A DNA stretch of 64,000 nucleotides from Octopus vulgaris (Eukaryota): contig OX597820.1 of NCBI GenBank assembly GCA_951406725.2, positions 102,362,001 to 102,426,000 of the forward strand. Reading direction: 5' to 3'. The first letter of the stretch is position 1. Every line of letters starts with the position of its first letter. The position numbers and the translations under genes are program-made. Below, one piece after another: positions 25,061 to 38,446 of the stretch. Under the pieces are notes generated by a model. It ran no database searches, was not told where the DNA came from, and saw nothing but the letters and a program-made list of their open reading frames with translations.

Positions 25061-25208
25061 GCATATATAAACATATATATATACATACATATATATACAT
25101 ATGCATATATATATATATACATATATATATATACATACATACACACATACATATATAATAACATATATATATATATACCTACACATACACACACACATAC
25201 ACACGCAC

Positions 25209-25850
25209 ACAGATGTCCTCAGAAAGTGCATATGCACTTTGACAGCTGCTGTCAACTCGATTTTCATTTCCTTTTACATTTAACTTATTAGGAATAATAA
25301 AGGAAATTTGACTAAGCTTTGAACAAAGGAAATTTATCCTTAAGTGCTATTGGATGTTAGTAAGTGCAATACTAGTGCAATGGCAGTTTAGGAGGGAGTT
25401 TCAAACGGATCCATGTATGTGACTTACCATCACTTGGATCAGTAATTAGTTCGAAGCAGATGCAACTTTTGTGGATGTCCACCTGAGATGTTCTGGATGA
25501 CTTCGGACATCAATGAGCCCCAGAAAACAAGAATGGGTACTAGAAATGTCTTGCCAGAATTCAAGAAAATCTGTGCAACAATCAAGTCATAGAACAGGAA
25601 TTTCAAAATCACCAGGTAAAGTACATTCCAAGAATAGTCCATTCTCACAATGAAGATGATCTGGACCAAAGAGTGGCATTTTGCAAGTGGTACTTAGGAA
25701 GGTGTGTAAAATATGCATGCTTTCTAACAAAGATTGTAAGTGTCACAGCTGCACATATTAGGGACCTGAGAATCCGCATATTACAGAGAAACATCATGTT
25801 AATTTACCAGGGATTACAGTATGATGTGCCTTGTCATAGGGTAGGGGCAG
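25209..25850 (+). mobile_element. Tc1/mariner-superfamily transposon 5' remnant
   Basis: cagatgtcc terminus; degenerate transposase-like translation (RTGISK, NEDDLDQRVAFCKWYL). Confidence 0.55.
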
Positions 25851-25971
25851 TGTTTAAGACCCTCTCCCTTCCCTTCGGTCATGAAAGGCCATGGGATTGC
25901 ACCTAGAAAGTGCCCATCTGAGGCACAAGTCCATCGTCCATCTCTCTCATTAATCAAATATATACACACAC

Positions 25972-26322
<351 letters not shown>

Positions 26323-26454
26323 TGCACAAATATTTTGCAAGTGACTAGGGTTGAAAATACACATTGAAACTGACTCTTGGAAGAGCCATGTAGCCATTAA
26401 AAAAAAAAAAAGAATAAACACAAAACTGTTAAATTCATTGTAAATATTTATTCT

Positions 26455-28600
26455 TATGTGTACAAGTAGGGGTTCACCAAAGCTCAGTTCTCAACTCACT
26501 CTTATTCATTATAGTTCTCCAGGCCTTAACAGAGGAATTCAAAACTTGATGCCTATGGGAACTGCTATATGCTGATGCCCTTGCTCTTATTGCAGAATCT
26601 TTGGAAGAATTGGAGAAGAAATTCCAGGTATGGAAATGAAACCTGGAATCAAGAGGCCTTAAAGTTAACTGAGCAAGGACCAAAGTTGTTGTTAGTAAGA
26701 AAGAAGATAAGACCCTCTTTTTGTCTCTAACTGGCCCTGCTCAATGTATAACTCGGAAGAAATTCCATTCTCTGCACCCAGTGTAAACTATGGACACGTA
26801 TGAGGTGCAGTGGCATCTCAAGTAAATTAATATATAAAGTTGTCTTTGTCTGTGGTAGATGTGCAGGAACAATAAGCACTAAGAGCACATCAGACTTAGA
26901 TTCTCTCAAATGTTTAGGAGGCTCTCTTGTGGTAGAGAATGCTCTGAAAGTATTGTTTCTAGAATAAGAATAGGGTGGAGGAAGTTCAGAGAGCTACTAC
27001 TTCTGTTGGCAAAAAAAATGGACTCTCTCTCAGAGTGAAAGATAGACTGTATGATGTTTGTGTGTGAATGGCTATGCTCTGTGGTAGTGAGACATGGGCT
27101 CTGAATGCAGATGACATGTGTAGACTGGAGAGAAATGTAGGCAGTATGCTCTGTTAGCTGTGCAACATCAGTGTGCATATACAACAATAAAGTGCAAATG
27201 TACTGAAGGAAAAGTTGGGCATAAGGGGAATCAAATGTAGCATGCAAGAGAGAAGACTATGTTGGTTTGGACATGTGATGTGTATGAATGAGGACAGCTG
27301 CATAAAGAAATGCCGGTCACTGAAAGTGGATGGTACCCGTGGAAGAAGGAGACCCAGGAAGATGTGGGATGAAGTGGGCCCCATGGAGGAAATGACAATG
27401 GACCAAAACATGAGGTTCTTGAGAAAACCTGCCCACATCAGTGAAAGTGAGTTCTAGAAGTGCTGTGTGTCCCACCCACACACAACAAGAAAACTTCTCA
27501 CACACTCTTCCACAGTAAACCAAATTACATCTCTATATCTCTTCTCTTCCTTACATTTCCACTTCATGCACTATGCTTACCTCCCACTCCCCAATCCTGT
27601 CCTCTTGGCCCTGTCTCACTGTATCATTGCTATCTGCTAGCCCCCAACCATAACACGAAAACTTTTCACACACCTTACCCCAACAAACCAATCTACATCT
27701 CTTCTCTTCCTCACATTTTTTCCTTCATGCACTATGCCTACCTCTCACTACCTAGACCTGTCCTCACAGACCTTGCTATCCGGTAGCCCTGGCCCTGGCT
27801 CTATATGCCCAGGTTTTCACCACTGACTTTCCTTCCCCACTCTCTAATCATGCTTCTTTGGCAATATCCTGCCACATATTATGACCTTCAAACCTGAAGG
27901 GTATGCCCTGGTTCTTGCCACCATCTATTTCTCGCTCTGCCTTTCCTCGACCATCCCATTTATATTCTGATTCCTATCCCTTGTCAGTATGCCTGGCACT
28001 TTGCTACTAGCCCTATCCGGATGTCTCCTACTCTCCCTCTCCTTCTCCTGCACTTCCCTCAGGTTGAGTAACCATGAATCTCCTTTGCAGCAACACACCT
28101 GTTTCTGTCTTCATTCCTTCTCGCTCTCTCTCTCTCTCCAGCTGGGTAACCTTGTATCTTCTCTACTGCAAGACACCTATTTCTATCTCTCTGTCTCACT
28201 ATAATCTTTCATCATCTGACATAAGATCACTTCCTCCACTGTCCCCTCCCCTCTCAAAAGATTTTTGTCTTGCAGATTACTTGGTGACCCTGTCAGTGCA
28301 GGTGCCAGTTAAAAAGCATCCAGTCCACGCTGTAAAGTGGTTGGCATTTGGAAGGGCATCCAGCTGTAAAAACCTTACCAAAATTCACCTGTGCTTGTGC
28401 CATGTAAAACGCACTAAGCCCACTCTGCTGGGTGGTTGGTGTTAGGAAGGGCATCTAGCTGTAAAGATCCTGCCAAAACAGTCACAGAAGTCTGGTGCAG
28501 GCTTTTGTCTGGCTGGCAGGCTCTTGTCAAAACCATACTGTCCATGCCAGCATGGAAGGCAGATGTTAAACAATGATGATGATGATGATAATGATGATGA
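26455..28600 (+). mobile_element. Degenerate 5'-truncated RTE LINE related to 13657-15727
   Basis: GVHQSSVLNSLLFII, WELLYADAL, CTQCKLWT, CGSETW, ERRLCWFGHV with stops and frameshifts to ~27450; long pyrimidine-rich UTR; ggaagggcatccagctg motif twice; (gat)n tail. Confidence 0.88.
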
Positions 28601-28601
28601 T

Positions 28602-28659
<58 letters not shown>

Positions 28660-28765
28660 ATATGTATGTATGTATATGTATTCATATATATATAGCAAAA
28701 AAGATGAAAGAGAGATAGAATTCAATTTGGAGCCAGAAACAGAGAAGGACATAGAAAGAGAGGGT

Positions 28766-28824
<59 letters not shown>

Positions 28825-28919
28825 GAGTGAAAATAACAAATATCTCGTCTGATGTAAAAAGAAAATTCCAAAAACTCTGTAGAAGATTGTTGAGTTGTTG
28901 ATATCTAAGTTATTTTAGA

Positions 28920-29392
28920 GGTGGTGGTGGTGATGGTTGTGCTTGTGGTGGTGGTAGTTGTGATAGTGGTGATGTCTGTAGTAATGTTAGTAGAATAGGT
29001 GGCTGTAGTAGTTGTAGAGTACTGGTGGTGGTAGTCACATAGTGATGGTGGTGTAGTAGTTGCAACAATGATGGCGGTGGCAGCGGTGGTGGTGGTGATG
29101 ATGCTGGAGGTGCTGGAAGGGGGCTGTAGTAGTAGTAGTAGTAGTTTTGATAATAATGATAATGATGGTGCAGGTGGTGGTAGTTGGTATGGTAATATAG
29201 GTGGTCATGACAGTGAGGATGTGGTGGTGGTGGTGGTGGTAGTAGTAATAGTAGTCATGATAAAGGGATTGTTGCTGGTGATGATGCTTTTGATGCTGAT
29301 GTTAGAAGTGTTTCTTATTACAATAAATGGTAGTAGTAGTAATAGTAGTAGTAGTAGTAGTAATGGTGGTGGTGGTGAAGGTGGTTGTAGGG

Positions 29393-29423
<31 letters not shown>

Positions 29424-29474
29424 CAGCAGTAGTAGTAGTAGTAGTAGCAGTAGTAGTAGCAGCAGCAGCAGCAG
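28920..29474. repeat. Compound GGT/AGT/GAT trinucleotide low-complexity tract
   Basis: Direct inspection. Confidence 0.9.
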
Positions 29475-30067
29475 TCGTTCAAGAATTTGGACCTGGAGAT
29501 CTCCATTTCCAGTGACTTCGAGGGCCACCTCCCAGTGGTGTCAGGCGTCAATGAAGAGCCCTCGACTACAAGACGACCAAAGCTTTTTTTCTTCCAAGGT
29601 CTAGGGTCTCCCGCCCCTAAGCCCTAGACCATCACCTAATCACCCTTACCCATCTTGTTGCTTAACAACAACAACAACAACAACAACAACAGCAGCAGCA
29701 GCATTGTTTAGTTCCAGCTTGGCCCTGATTAGACAGTAATTTGAGAAAAGTTGTTCCAATGACTACTATCTTGTTTTTTCTTATTTTTATTTCAGTCACT
29801 GTACATCTAGAACTACATTATGCAATGTCCTTCCCCTTTTTAACAGGTCAGTGTGATTCAAGAGAGATCTGACTGCTATTTCTAGCACATTGAGTTGCCA
29901 CATAGAGGTGGTACTCTCATTGACTTGTTGGTGTTAGTTACTTGTTTATTTAGTTTTGAGTGAACCTTGATTAAACAGACCAATGATGAAAGACAATTCA
30001 GTTTGGACCATCCTGTATGATGAAAGTGTTTAAAGTGACTTCACTATTTTAATATTGGAGGGTGTGA

Positions 30068-30400
30068 AAGCAGTGAGCTGGCAGAAACATTAGCACACCA
30101 GGCGAAATGCTCAGTGGTATCTCATCTGTTTTTACATCTGAGTTCAAATTCCATTGAGGTCAACTTTCGGGGTTGATAAATTAAGTACCAGTTGCATACT
30201 GGGGTTGATCTAAGCAGCTTTACCTTTCATCCTCTCAGGGTTGATAAATTAAGTGCCAGTTGCATACTGGGGTTGATCTAAGCAGCTTTACCTTTCATCC
30301 TCTCAGGGTTGATAAATTAAGTACCAGTTGCATACTGGGGTTGATCTAAGCAGCTTTACCTTTCATCCTCTCAGGGTTGATAAATTAAGTGCCAGTTATG
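30068..30400 (+). mobile_element. SINE family B with internal 68-bp tandem amplification
   Basis: gggttgataaattaagt at 30170, 30238, 30306 and 30374. Confidence 0.9.
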
Positions 30401-30424
30401 CAAGTAAGGCAGTGACACATGCTT

Positions 30425-30572
30425 GTTTGTTTGCTTCAGTCAATGCATGTGGCACCCATTTTCCAAGCTTGCCGAGACGATGCAGGTGGTTGATCGTGAC
30501 ATGGGAGACGCCAAACTGTACCGCCAGTTGACGTGCAGTTTACATTGGATCGGCTTCAATGACTTGCCCAAG
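30425..30572 (-). pseudogene. mariner transposase fragment
   Basis: LGQVIEADPM*TARQLAVQFGVSHVTINHLHRLGKLGKWVPHALTE (WVPHxL motif). Confidence 0.85.
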
Positions 30573-31798
30573 AACTTTCTTACCAATGTAATATATATAT
30601 GCCTGTATACACACACAGAAAGGCATAATACACACATACACGCACCCGCACTTACTCAGCAAGTCATCTACGCATACATACAAACAGCAGGTGTTTTTGC
30701 GCTAAAAACATTACATTTAAATTATTTGAAATTATTTCGTTTTTGGATTTGGTTTGCAAGATTCTTTACATGAGTTCGTGTGTTGAAACATATTCTGTTG
30801 TGTTTGGGGAGAGTCATTCTCTTTTAGTGCCTTATTATTTAACACACCCACCGGTAAAATTTCCACTTATTTCTTATTTTTATTAGCACTTCACTTACAC
30901 AACATACTTTCTGTCTCCCACACCCTATCAAACATACACACACACGCACATGTACATCAATGCTTCCCATGCACGGTAACTTCAAAAGAACTTCCCACGT
31001 CATACAATCGCTTTCTCTTAGTCTCTTTCGCTCTCATTACTTCAAAAGTTCTCGCAAGCCCATATGTAAAAAAATAACAGTTTTTTTTACGGAAATCGAC
31101 GGAAAAGTATACTAGAACCGCATATGTATGTATGTGTGTGCATCTGTATGTACGTATCCTGCATATTTATGTGCTTGCCTGTCTGTGTTTGTGTATTTTC
31201 TATGTTTGTGTATTTTCTATGTATGTGTGTGGAGCATGTGTTTGTATATGTATGCACCTCTGTCTCCTTGTGTGTGCATATCTGTGAGTGTGTGTTATGT
31301 AACTATGTACCATGTTTGTATTTGAAATTAGCCGTTGAGATAACCGAACTCAAAGCAAGGCCCGTAACTCTGAATCACCAATATTCGCCTGGCTAGCAAT
31401 TCATTCGGGCAATAAAATTCACTCTTGGTTGTTCGTAACGAGACCAAAGTATGCCCAGAATTGTTTTCTCTGCTCACTGAAAAATGGTAATAATAATAAT
31501 ATTGCTTTGGGTAACATTAGTTTTATCTCACTGCGTAATTATTTCTTGTTAAGTGTTTTTTTTAAAATGCTCTCTGCAATAAAATATGTAAACATTAAAC
31601 TGAAAATGAATCATTAAATAAGTAAATTCCATTGCTGCTTTGTGCTCGAGTAATTAGCATGTACTGTAATCCCTCGCCATATCGCGGTTCATCTATCGCG
31701 GATTATTATCTAAGCTTACGTCAATTCCTCCGTGATGTTTTGCATTTATAATAAAATAAATACATACAAATTATATATATATATATACATATATATAT

Positions 31799-31988
31799 GT
31801 AGGTCCCGGGTTGAGTCGGGGTTAACCACAGTAAATAAGGTACTCAATACATAGCAGAGTAAATTAATTTATTTTATAGAAGGAGCTTTACAGGACTAGA
31901 ACTGTTTCATTCAAAAGAAATCATCAGGAAGCTTCCTGATGATTTCTTTTGAATGAAACAGTTCTAGTCCTGTAGAAGCTCCTTCTAT

Positions 31989-31994
<6 letters not shown>
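31799..31994. mobile_element. Penelope-like pLTR palindrome in (TA)n
   Basis: 31870-31994 is a spacerless palindrome centred on AAGCTT; shares gtactcaatac...agagtaa with 636-868. Confidence 0.75.
31930..31980 (+). ncRNA. Type I hammerhead ribozyme with canonical core; mirror copy on the - strand
   Basis: Stem I AGCTTC/GAAGCT; CTGATGA 31936-31942; stem II TTC-TTTT-GAA; GAAA 31955-31958; stem III ACAG/CTGT; GUA site, cleavage predicted after 31974. Confidence 0.8.
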
Positions 31995-32050
<56 letters not shown>

Positions 32051-32143
32051 ATATATACGGTACGGTACTGTTTCTACTTCGCGGACTTTCACCTATCGCG
32101 GTGATTTTTGGAACTATGACCAACACACACTCACACACGTACA

Positions 32144-32174
<31 letters not shown>

Positions 32175-32546
32175 CTTGTACGCGTATGGCGGAAAGAATT
32201 GGCTGTTATTGCTGTCAGCTGAAGAGCCGAGTAAAATTGTTTACTGTCTCCTCACTGGCAAGATATCAGGAAGATGAGGAAGCTATCATTATGTCGTCGA
32301 TACTAACTGCTGTGCCGCCAGTACCAGAAAGAAGGGGTAGTGGCACAAGTTTTGATAGACTGTAACTGTGTATACCACTTAAGATGCTTGTTAGGAAAAA
32401 TTTGGTAATTCTACGATATATTTGTCCATTAGAAAATTTGTCTTGTGAGTTATAGATAACAATAAATAGTGTAAGGGAGATAAATCCTTATAAAGCTTTT
32501 TATTTTTTTAAAGATAAAGGTTTTATATTCAATAAACACTGAATAT

Positions 32547-32712
32547 ATTTCTTTCTTTAGTACCCACAAGGGGCCAAACACAGAGGGGACAAACAAGGAC
32601 AGACAAACGGATTAAGTCGATTACATCGACCCCAGTGCGTAACTGGTACTTAATTTATCGACCCTGAAAGGATGAAAGGCAAAGTCGACCTCGGCGGAAT
32701 TTGAACTCAGAA
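32547..32712 (-). mobile_element. SINE family B, partial
   Basis: Reverse complement of the family B core and tail. Confidence 0.88.
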
Positions 32713-32871
32713 CACTGAATATATTTAAATAATACTGTCAGAAGACATGGCGACGATGATAATGATGATGATTATACTTTTCTTGTTTGGTTTGATGATG
32801 ATGACGATAATGATTACAACAACGACTACGATGATGATGATGACGGCGATGAAGTTGATAATGATAATAAC

Positions 32872-33127
32872 GGTACTACATGAGAATAGCGGTCTCAGTG
32901 CGCGCACTCGCGTAGTCACGCATCCGCGCTAGCTAGTCGTGACTAGTCGATCCTACGACTACCAAGCAAAAATAAATATTTTTTTTCACACACGGTAAAT
33001 AATTTTTGTTAAACAAAGTAAATAACACACAAAAACACAAAGTAAGGATCGACTAGTCACGACTAGCTATTGCGGATGCGCGACTACGCGAGTGCGCGCA
33101 CCGGGACCACTGTTCTCAAGTAGTACC
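32872..33127. mobile_element. MITE with ~83-bp GC-rich TIRs and probable 9-bp TSD (Mutator-like)
   Basis: ggtactacatgagaa...gtcgatcct / aggatcgac...ttctcaagtagtacc; flanks gataataac and gataataaa. Confidence 0.85.
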
Positions 33128-33526
33128 GATAATAAACGGCGACAACGACGACTCGACGATGACGATTGTGGTAACAACGACCACGATGATGATGATGATG
33201 ATGATGATGATGGCAACGACGTTGATTATGACGATGGTGACGACGACGAAGATTTCACTTATGACAACAGTTACTTCTACTACATAGAGTAACCACCTCT
33301 TACTTCTACTACTCTTTCAATCATTACAACTACCATCAATCAACATCACAACTTGATATCACTGAAAAAAAAAATGACTAAACAAAAAAAAAAAAACACA
33401 AAAAAGAGAAAAAGAACGATAAGTATGTACGCAACGAAAATTCTAGAAAGGTATGAATACTAAGTCAGTGGTTCCCAACCTTTTTATTCAAATGAATTTT
33501 CCACGGACTCCTTTTAATATGCTTAT

Positions 33527-33569
<43 letters not shown>

Positions 33570-33576
33570 TATATAT

Positions 33577-33903
33577 AAGTGTCTTCTGCTATAGCCTCGG
33601 GCCGACCAAAAGCCTTGTGAGTGGATTTGGTAGACGGAAACTGAAAGAAGCCTGTCGTATGTATGTATATATATATATGTGTGTGTGTATATGTTTATGT
33701 GTCTGTGTTTGTCCCTCTAGCATTGTTTGACAACCGATGCTGGTGTGTTTACGTCCCCGTCACTTAGCGGTTCGGCAAAAGAGACCGATATAATAATTCC
33801 TGGGCTTACAAAGAATAAGTCCCGGGGTCGATTTGCTCGACTAAAGGCGGTGCTCTAGCATGGCCACAGTCGAATGACTGAAACAAGTGAAAGAGAGTAA
33901 AGA

Positions 33904-33905
<2 letters not shown>
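33577..33905 (+). mobile_element. SINE family A, 5'-truncated, nested in the hAT MITE
   Basis: Family A body and tail. Confidence 0.9.
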
Positions 33906-33962
<57 letters not shown>

Positions 33963-33966
<4 letters not shown>

Positions 33967-34345
33967 ACAAAGTAAGATTGGGGTTATGGGTGAAACCCAC
34001 TATGGGATATCATTTATCCAATATACTGTTGGTAAATTACCCAAATTCTTAATACATATGTGTTTTTAATTGCAATGCAATTAATTCATTCATAGTATTG
34101 AACGGGTGAAAGTAAAGAAATATTTTTACCGTAAATTTATAATACAAATAAGAAAATGGAGAAACGAATTTAGTTTGTTCATCAACTTACGGATATTATA
34201 ATGCTGGATTATTTATTCATTTTACAAATGAGAACATCAAAAGCATACAAAAATATTATATAAATCAGAATAAATAATCTAGCATTATAATATCCGTAAG
34301 TTGATGAACAAACAAAATTTGTTTCTCCATTTTCTTATTTGTATA
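33963..34345. mobile_element. TA-flanked element with ~77-bp internal inverted repeat (possibly Penelope-like)
   Basis: 34142-34218 is the reverse complement of 34269-34344. Confidence 0.55.
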
Positions 34346-34946
34346 TGTATATATATATATACATTTATATATTTATATGACCTTTTGAATTTAGTTTACG
34401 GACCCTCAGTACTACCTTTGCGGACCACGAAGGAGTCCCGGGCCCCAGGCTGAGAACCGTTTATCTAAGTCATAGTATCATGTCTTAGAAATTAACCCGT
34501 TGTCTGAATCCATCGCCTATTTGGACATCGTCCACCCTGGCTCTTTATACATTTTGCAGCAGTGTATATAGTGTTGCAAGCCTTTGAGCCAGGTCTCAAT
34601 GTTAGGGTAAATTTCTTCTCCTTTTCCACCAGTTTCGGAAGGCCTGAAAACTGCCATTGGGCGCTCCCTTTCTTCCTCTGAGTCTTAAATAAACAAATAA
34701 TAATTCTAAGGTTGCTTTAAAGTTGATTTAACGTTTTAGTAAGAATCCAGTAATCTAAGGGAGATAACTCTATGTAACATTTTGTGTGAAAGTATTTTCT
34801 TCGAAGAAACGTACTTACAGAAGATTAAAAAAATGTGTAATGTGTGTGAAAATCTATCTATCTATATGTCTGCCTGTTTGGACTCAACCAACCCGCTCCG
34901 TCTTTCTGGCTGTCTGTCTGTCTGCTTCTCTCTCTCTCTCTCTCTC

Positions 34947-34997
<51 letters not shown>

Positions 34998-35002
<5 letters not shown>

Positions 35003-35170
35003 GAATTTACCAAAAAAACAAAAAATAAAAAACGAACACGGGTGTGTAAACAACAAACAGATGTATTAGTTTAACGCTTGGGAAGTGGGAAAGTCTTTTA
35101 CGTTTCGAGCCTACGCTCTTCGACAGAAAGGAACACAGAAATAAGCAGGGAGAGAAAATAGTACCGCAAC
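34998..35170 (-). mobile_element. TA-flanked Penelope-like pLTR fragment with minimal hammerhead, A6U variant (35095-35130)
   Basis: Minus: CTTT-CTGTCGA-A-GAGC-GTAG-GCTC-GAAA-CG-TA-AAAG. Confidence 0.7.
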
Positions 35171-35270
35171 TGCGGATGACAACAGGTAACCTAAACAAAT
35201 GCCGGTGCTCTATTCAACATTTAAACACACTAATCAAATTATACGTATTTGTCCAAATTATTTATTTATT

Positions 35271-35795
<525 letters not shown>

Positions 35796-35799
35796 TACG

Positions 35800-38446
35800 A
35801 CAACAACAAAAGCAAAATACAACCACATTTCACCTTCTACAACCAAACAACGAAGACAGAACTATGGAAAAATCATAACACCAAATAACATAAACATGAA
35901 CTATGTATCATCTGATCAAGTGGCAAACCAAAGAGGCAACTCCTTTTTACTAACTTATCTAGAAAATATGAAGGCCGACCTAAGCTAAGAGACTCAACAA
36001 GCTATCAGCAACCATTTATGCAAAACACAAGGAACACACACCTACCACCAACTAGAAAATCACACATACATAGCTCCATACAAAAACTACCCTCATTGCT
36101 ACCCCTGAACAACGTAAAATATAACACTGAGCTCTTAGAATAATGCAAACATCAAACTACCCTTACCTCTGTTAAATGTACGTGACATCAACCCATCACT
36201 CATCGCTCAAAAATGGAAGATCCCATGCATAGAGAGTTGGCTTGCCGAAACGGCACATTGCTTCCCTTTCTTTATCCTTACTGAAACTCACCTAAGCAGC
36301 ACACATATGGATGCCGAGGTGAAAATAAAAGCTTTCACCATCATCCGTGCTGATCGCACAGACCGAAATAAAGGATAGCGGGGAACAGCCATCTTTTTCC
36401 ATGACTCCTTTTCAGTTGATGCCAAGGACATATTTTCTAATGGCTATTATGAATCTATATCACTATTCAACAAGGCCAAAGACAATCATTGTTGGTCTTT
36501 ACAGGCCTCCCGAAGCACCTCTAAAGTGCTTTGAAGAGTGCCTCAACAAAATCAGGTCCTTCCTTCAAAACTACAACTCCGGAAACATACTAGTGATGAG
36601 TGATTTTAACCTCTCTCATATAAACTGGCCCACAAATATTCTGAAGTTAGGCAAATGCTCTACATCAGACAAAGCAACAGCAGCAGAATTACTCCTTAAT
36701 GGATAAATTTTTCCTGACCCAGCTAGTACTCTAGCTTCGTTCACAGTATTTCTGTTGAATGACTCTCCTCTCAGACCACGACATGATACTCAGCAATTTT
36801 AATTTCTGGAATATCAAAACCAAACCAGCCAATCTCACTCCACTGCACTTATTTGACAACATAAACTTCTACAAAGCAGATTGGGGAGCAATCAGAAAGG
36901 ATCTGTCTCATCGACTGGTCCTTCACTCTCAGTTCCACTCACATTGAGACCGCATGGCAGCACTTTGGGAACATTGTCACCTATACATGCTCAAAACACG
37001 CTCCTACGAAATTCACTAACACAAACAGAAACCGGCTCCCTAGAAAGAAAAACAAAGCACTCATCTGGCGGATCAAAAGACTCAATAAAAAAAAACCAAC
37101 CAATTAAGTTACTCCCACATACAGCATCCACATTCAACAACAATGAAAAGGCTGGAGGTGGAAAAACTTAATCTGCAGACCGACTTGAAAACCTCCATTG
37201 AAAATCAGACAGCTGCAGAGGAACAGTGGGTAATCAAAAAAAAAAAAAAAAGTCAAACAGAACCCAAAAGTGTTCTATTCTTATGCAAATAAGCATAGAA
37301 CCATTGTCTCACCCATTGGGCCATTGATCGATGATAACGGCATTCCCCAACACGATGCTAAAGAAATAGCAGAAATACTGCAGAAACAATACTGCTCTGT
37401 CTTTAGTGATCCCACTGATATTGACGTAAGAGAAGCGAACGAAGTTGATTCCCAACATAAAATCTCAGACATAACCTTCACTGCCTCAGACATCATAGCA
37501 GCAATAAATGAGGTCAAATACTATTCTACTGTAGGCCTTGATAGATTCCCCGCTAGTCTCCTGAAGGAATGTAGACACCAACTTGCAGTCCCTCTGACCA
37601 ACCTCTGGAGAAATTCTTTAGACTCAGGTTATATACCGAAACAGCTCCTATCCCAGTCTGTCATCCCAGTTTTCAAACAGGGAAGCAGATACCTCACAGC
37701 CAACTATCGCCTACTCTTACTCACCTCCCACACCATTAAAGTGTTTGAAAGAGTGGTAAGATCAAGGATAACTGGCTTCCTGGAAATCCACAAACTCCTA
37801 AATGTAAATCAGCATGGCTTTCGCTGTGGCAGGGACTGTCTAACACAGCTCTTACACCACATTGAAGATATACTCAAAGCCTTGGGAATAGGTTCGAACT
37901 CTGACTTCAGTAAAGCGTTCGACAGGGTTGATCATAATATCTTACTCTCAAAATTGGCAAATGTTGGAATCCGTGGAAAACTTCTACACTGGATTGAGTA
38001 TTTCTTGGCGAATAGAACACAACATGCTGTGGTCGATGGAGTCCACTCAAGCCCAGTAAAAGTCATCAGTGGTGTCCCTCAGGGAACTGTCTTGGGCCTG
38101 CTCCTCTTTATAATCTACATAAATGTCCTTTCCAGCGTCGTAAAACACTGCAAAGTGAAAATATTTGCTGATGACACTAAACTCCAGCAAATCATCAATG
38201 AAGGGAAACCGAACTCAACTCCAGTCTGATCTAAATGCAGTGAGTCAATAGGCAAACAAAAACAAAAGGCAACGTTGAGGATGTACTTAAAGTCTTGGGA
38301 ACAGGTTCGAACTCTTATGTCATGTATCCTGACTTCAGTAAAGCGTTCGACAGAGTTGACCATAATATCTTACTCTCAAAATTGGCAAATGTTGGAATCC
38401 GTAGAAACTTCTACAATGGATTGAGTATTTCCTGGCGAATAGAACG

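Larger units (their letters stand above)
31663..32120. mobile_element. pogo/Tigger-like MITE remnant hosting a hammerhead palindrome
   Basis: ctgtaatccctcgccatatcgcgg start and repeated tatcgcgg/ttcgcgg subterminal motifs; right terminus missing. Confidence 0.5.
33466..34462. mobile_element. hAT (Charlie-like) MITE with nested insertions
   Basis: TIR cagtggttcccaacct / aggctgagaaccgttt; imperfect 8-bp TSD tactaagt / atctaagt. Confidence 0.65.

Noticed and set aside
24548-25291. 247-aa ORF
   Set aside because: Runs through (TA)n tracts and two non-coding pLTR-like elements in opposite orientations
30170-30400. Regularly spaced repeats resembling a CRISPR array
   Set aside because: Units are contiguous with no unique spacers and derive from a SINE; eukaryotic context
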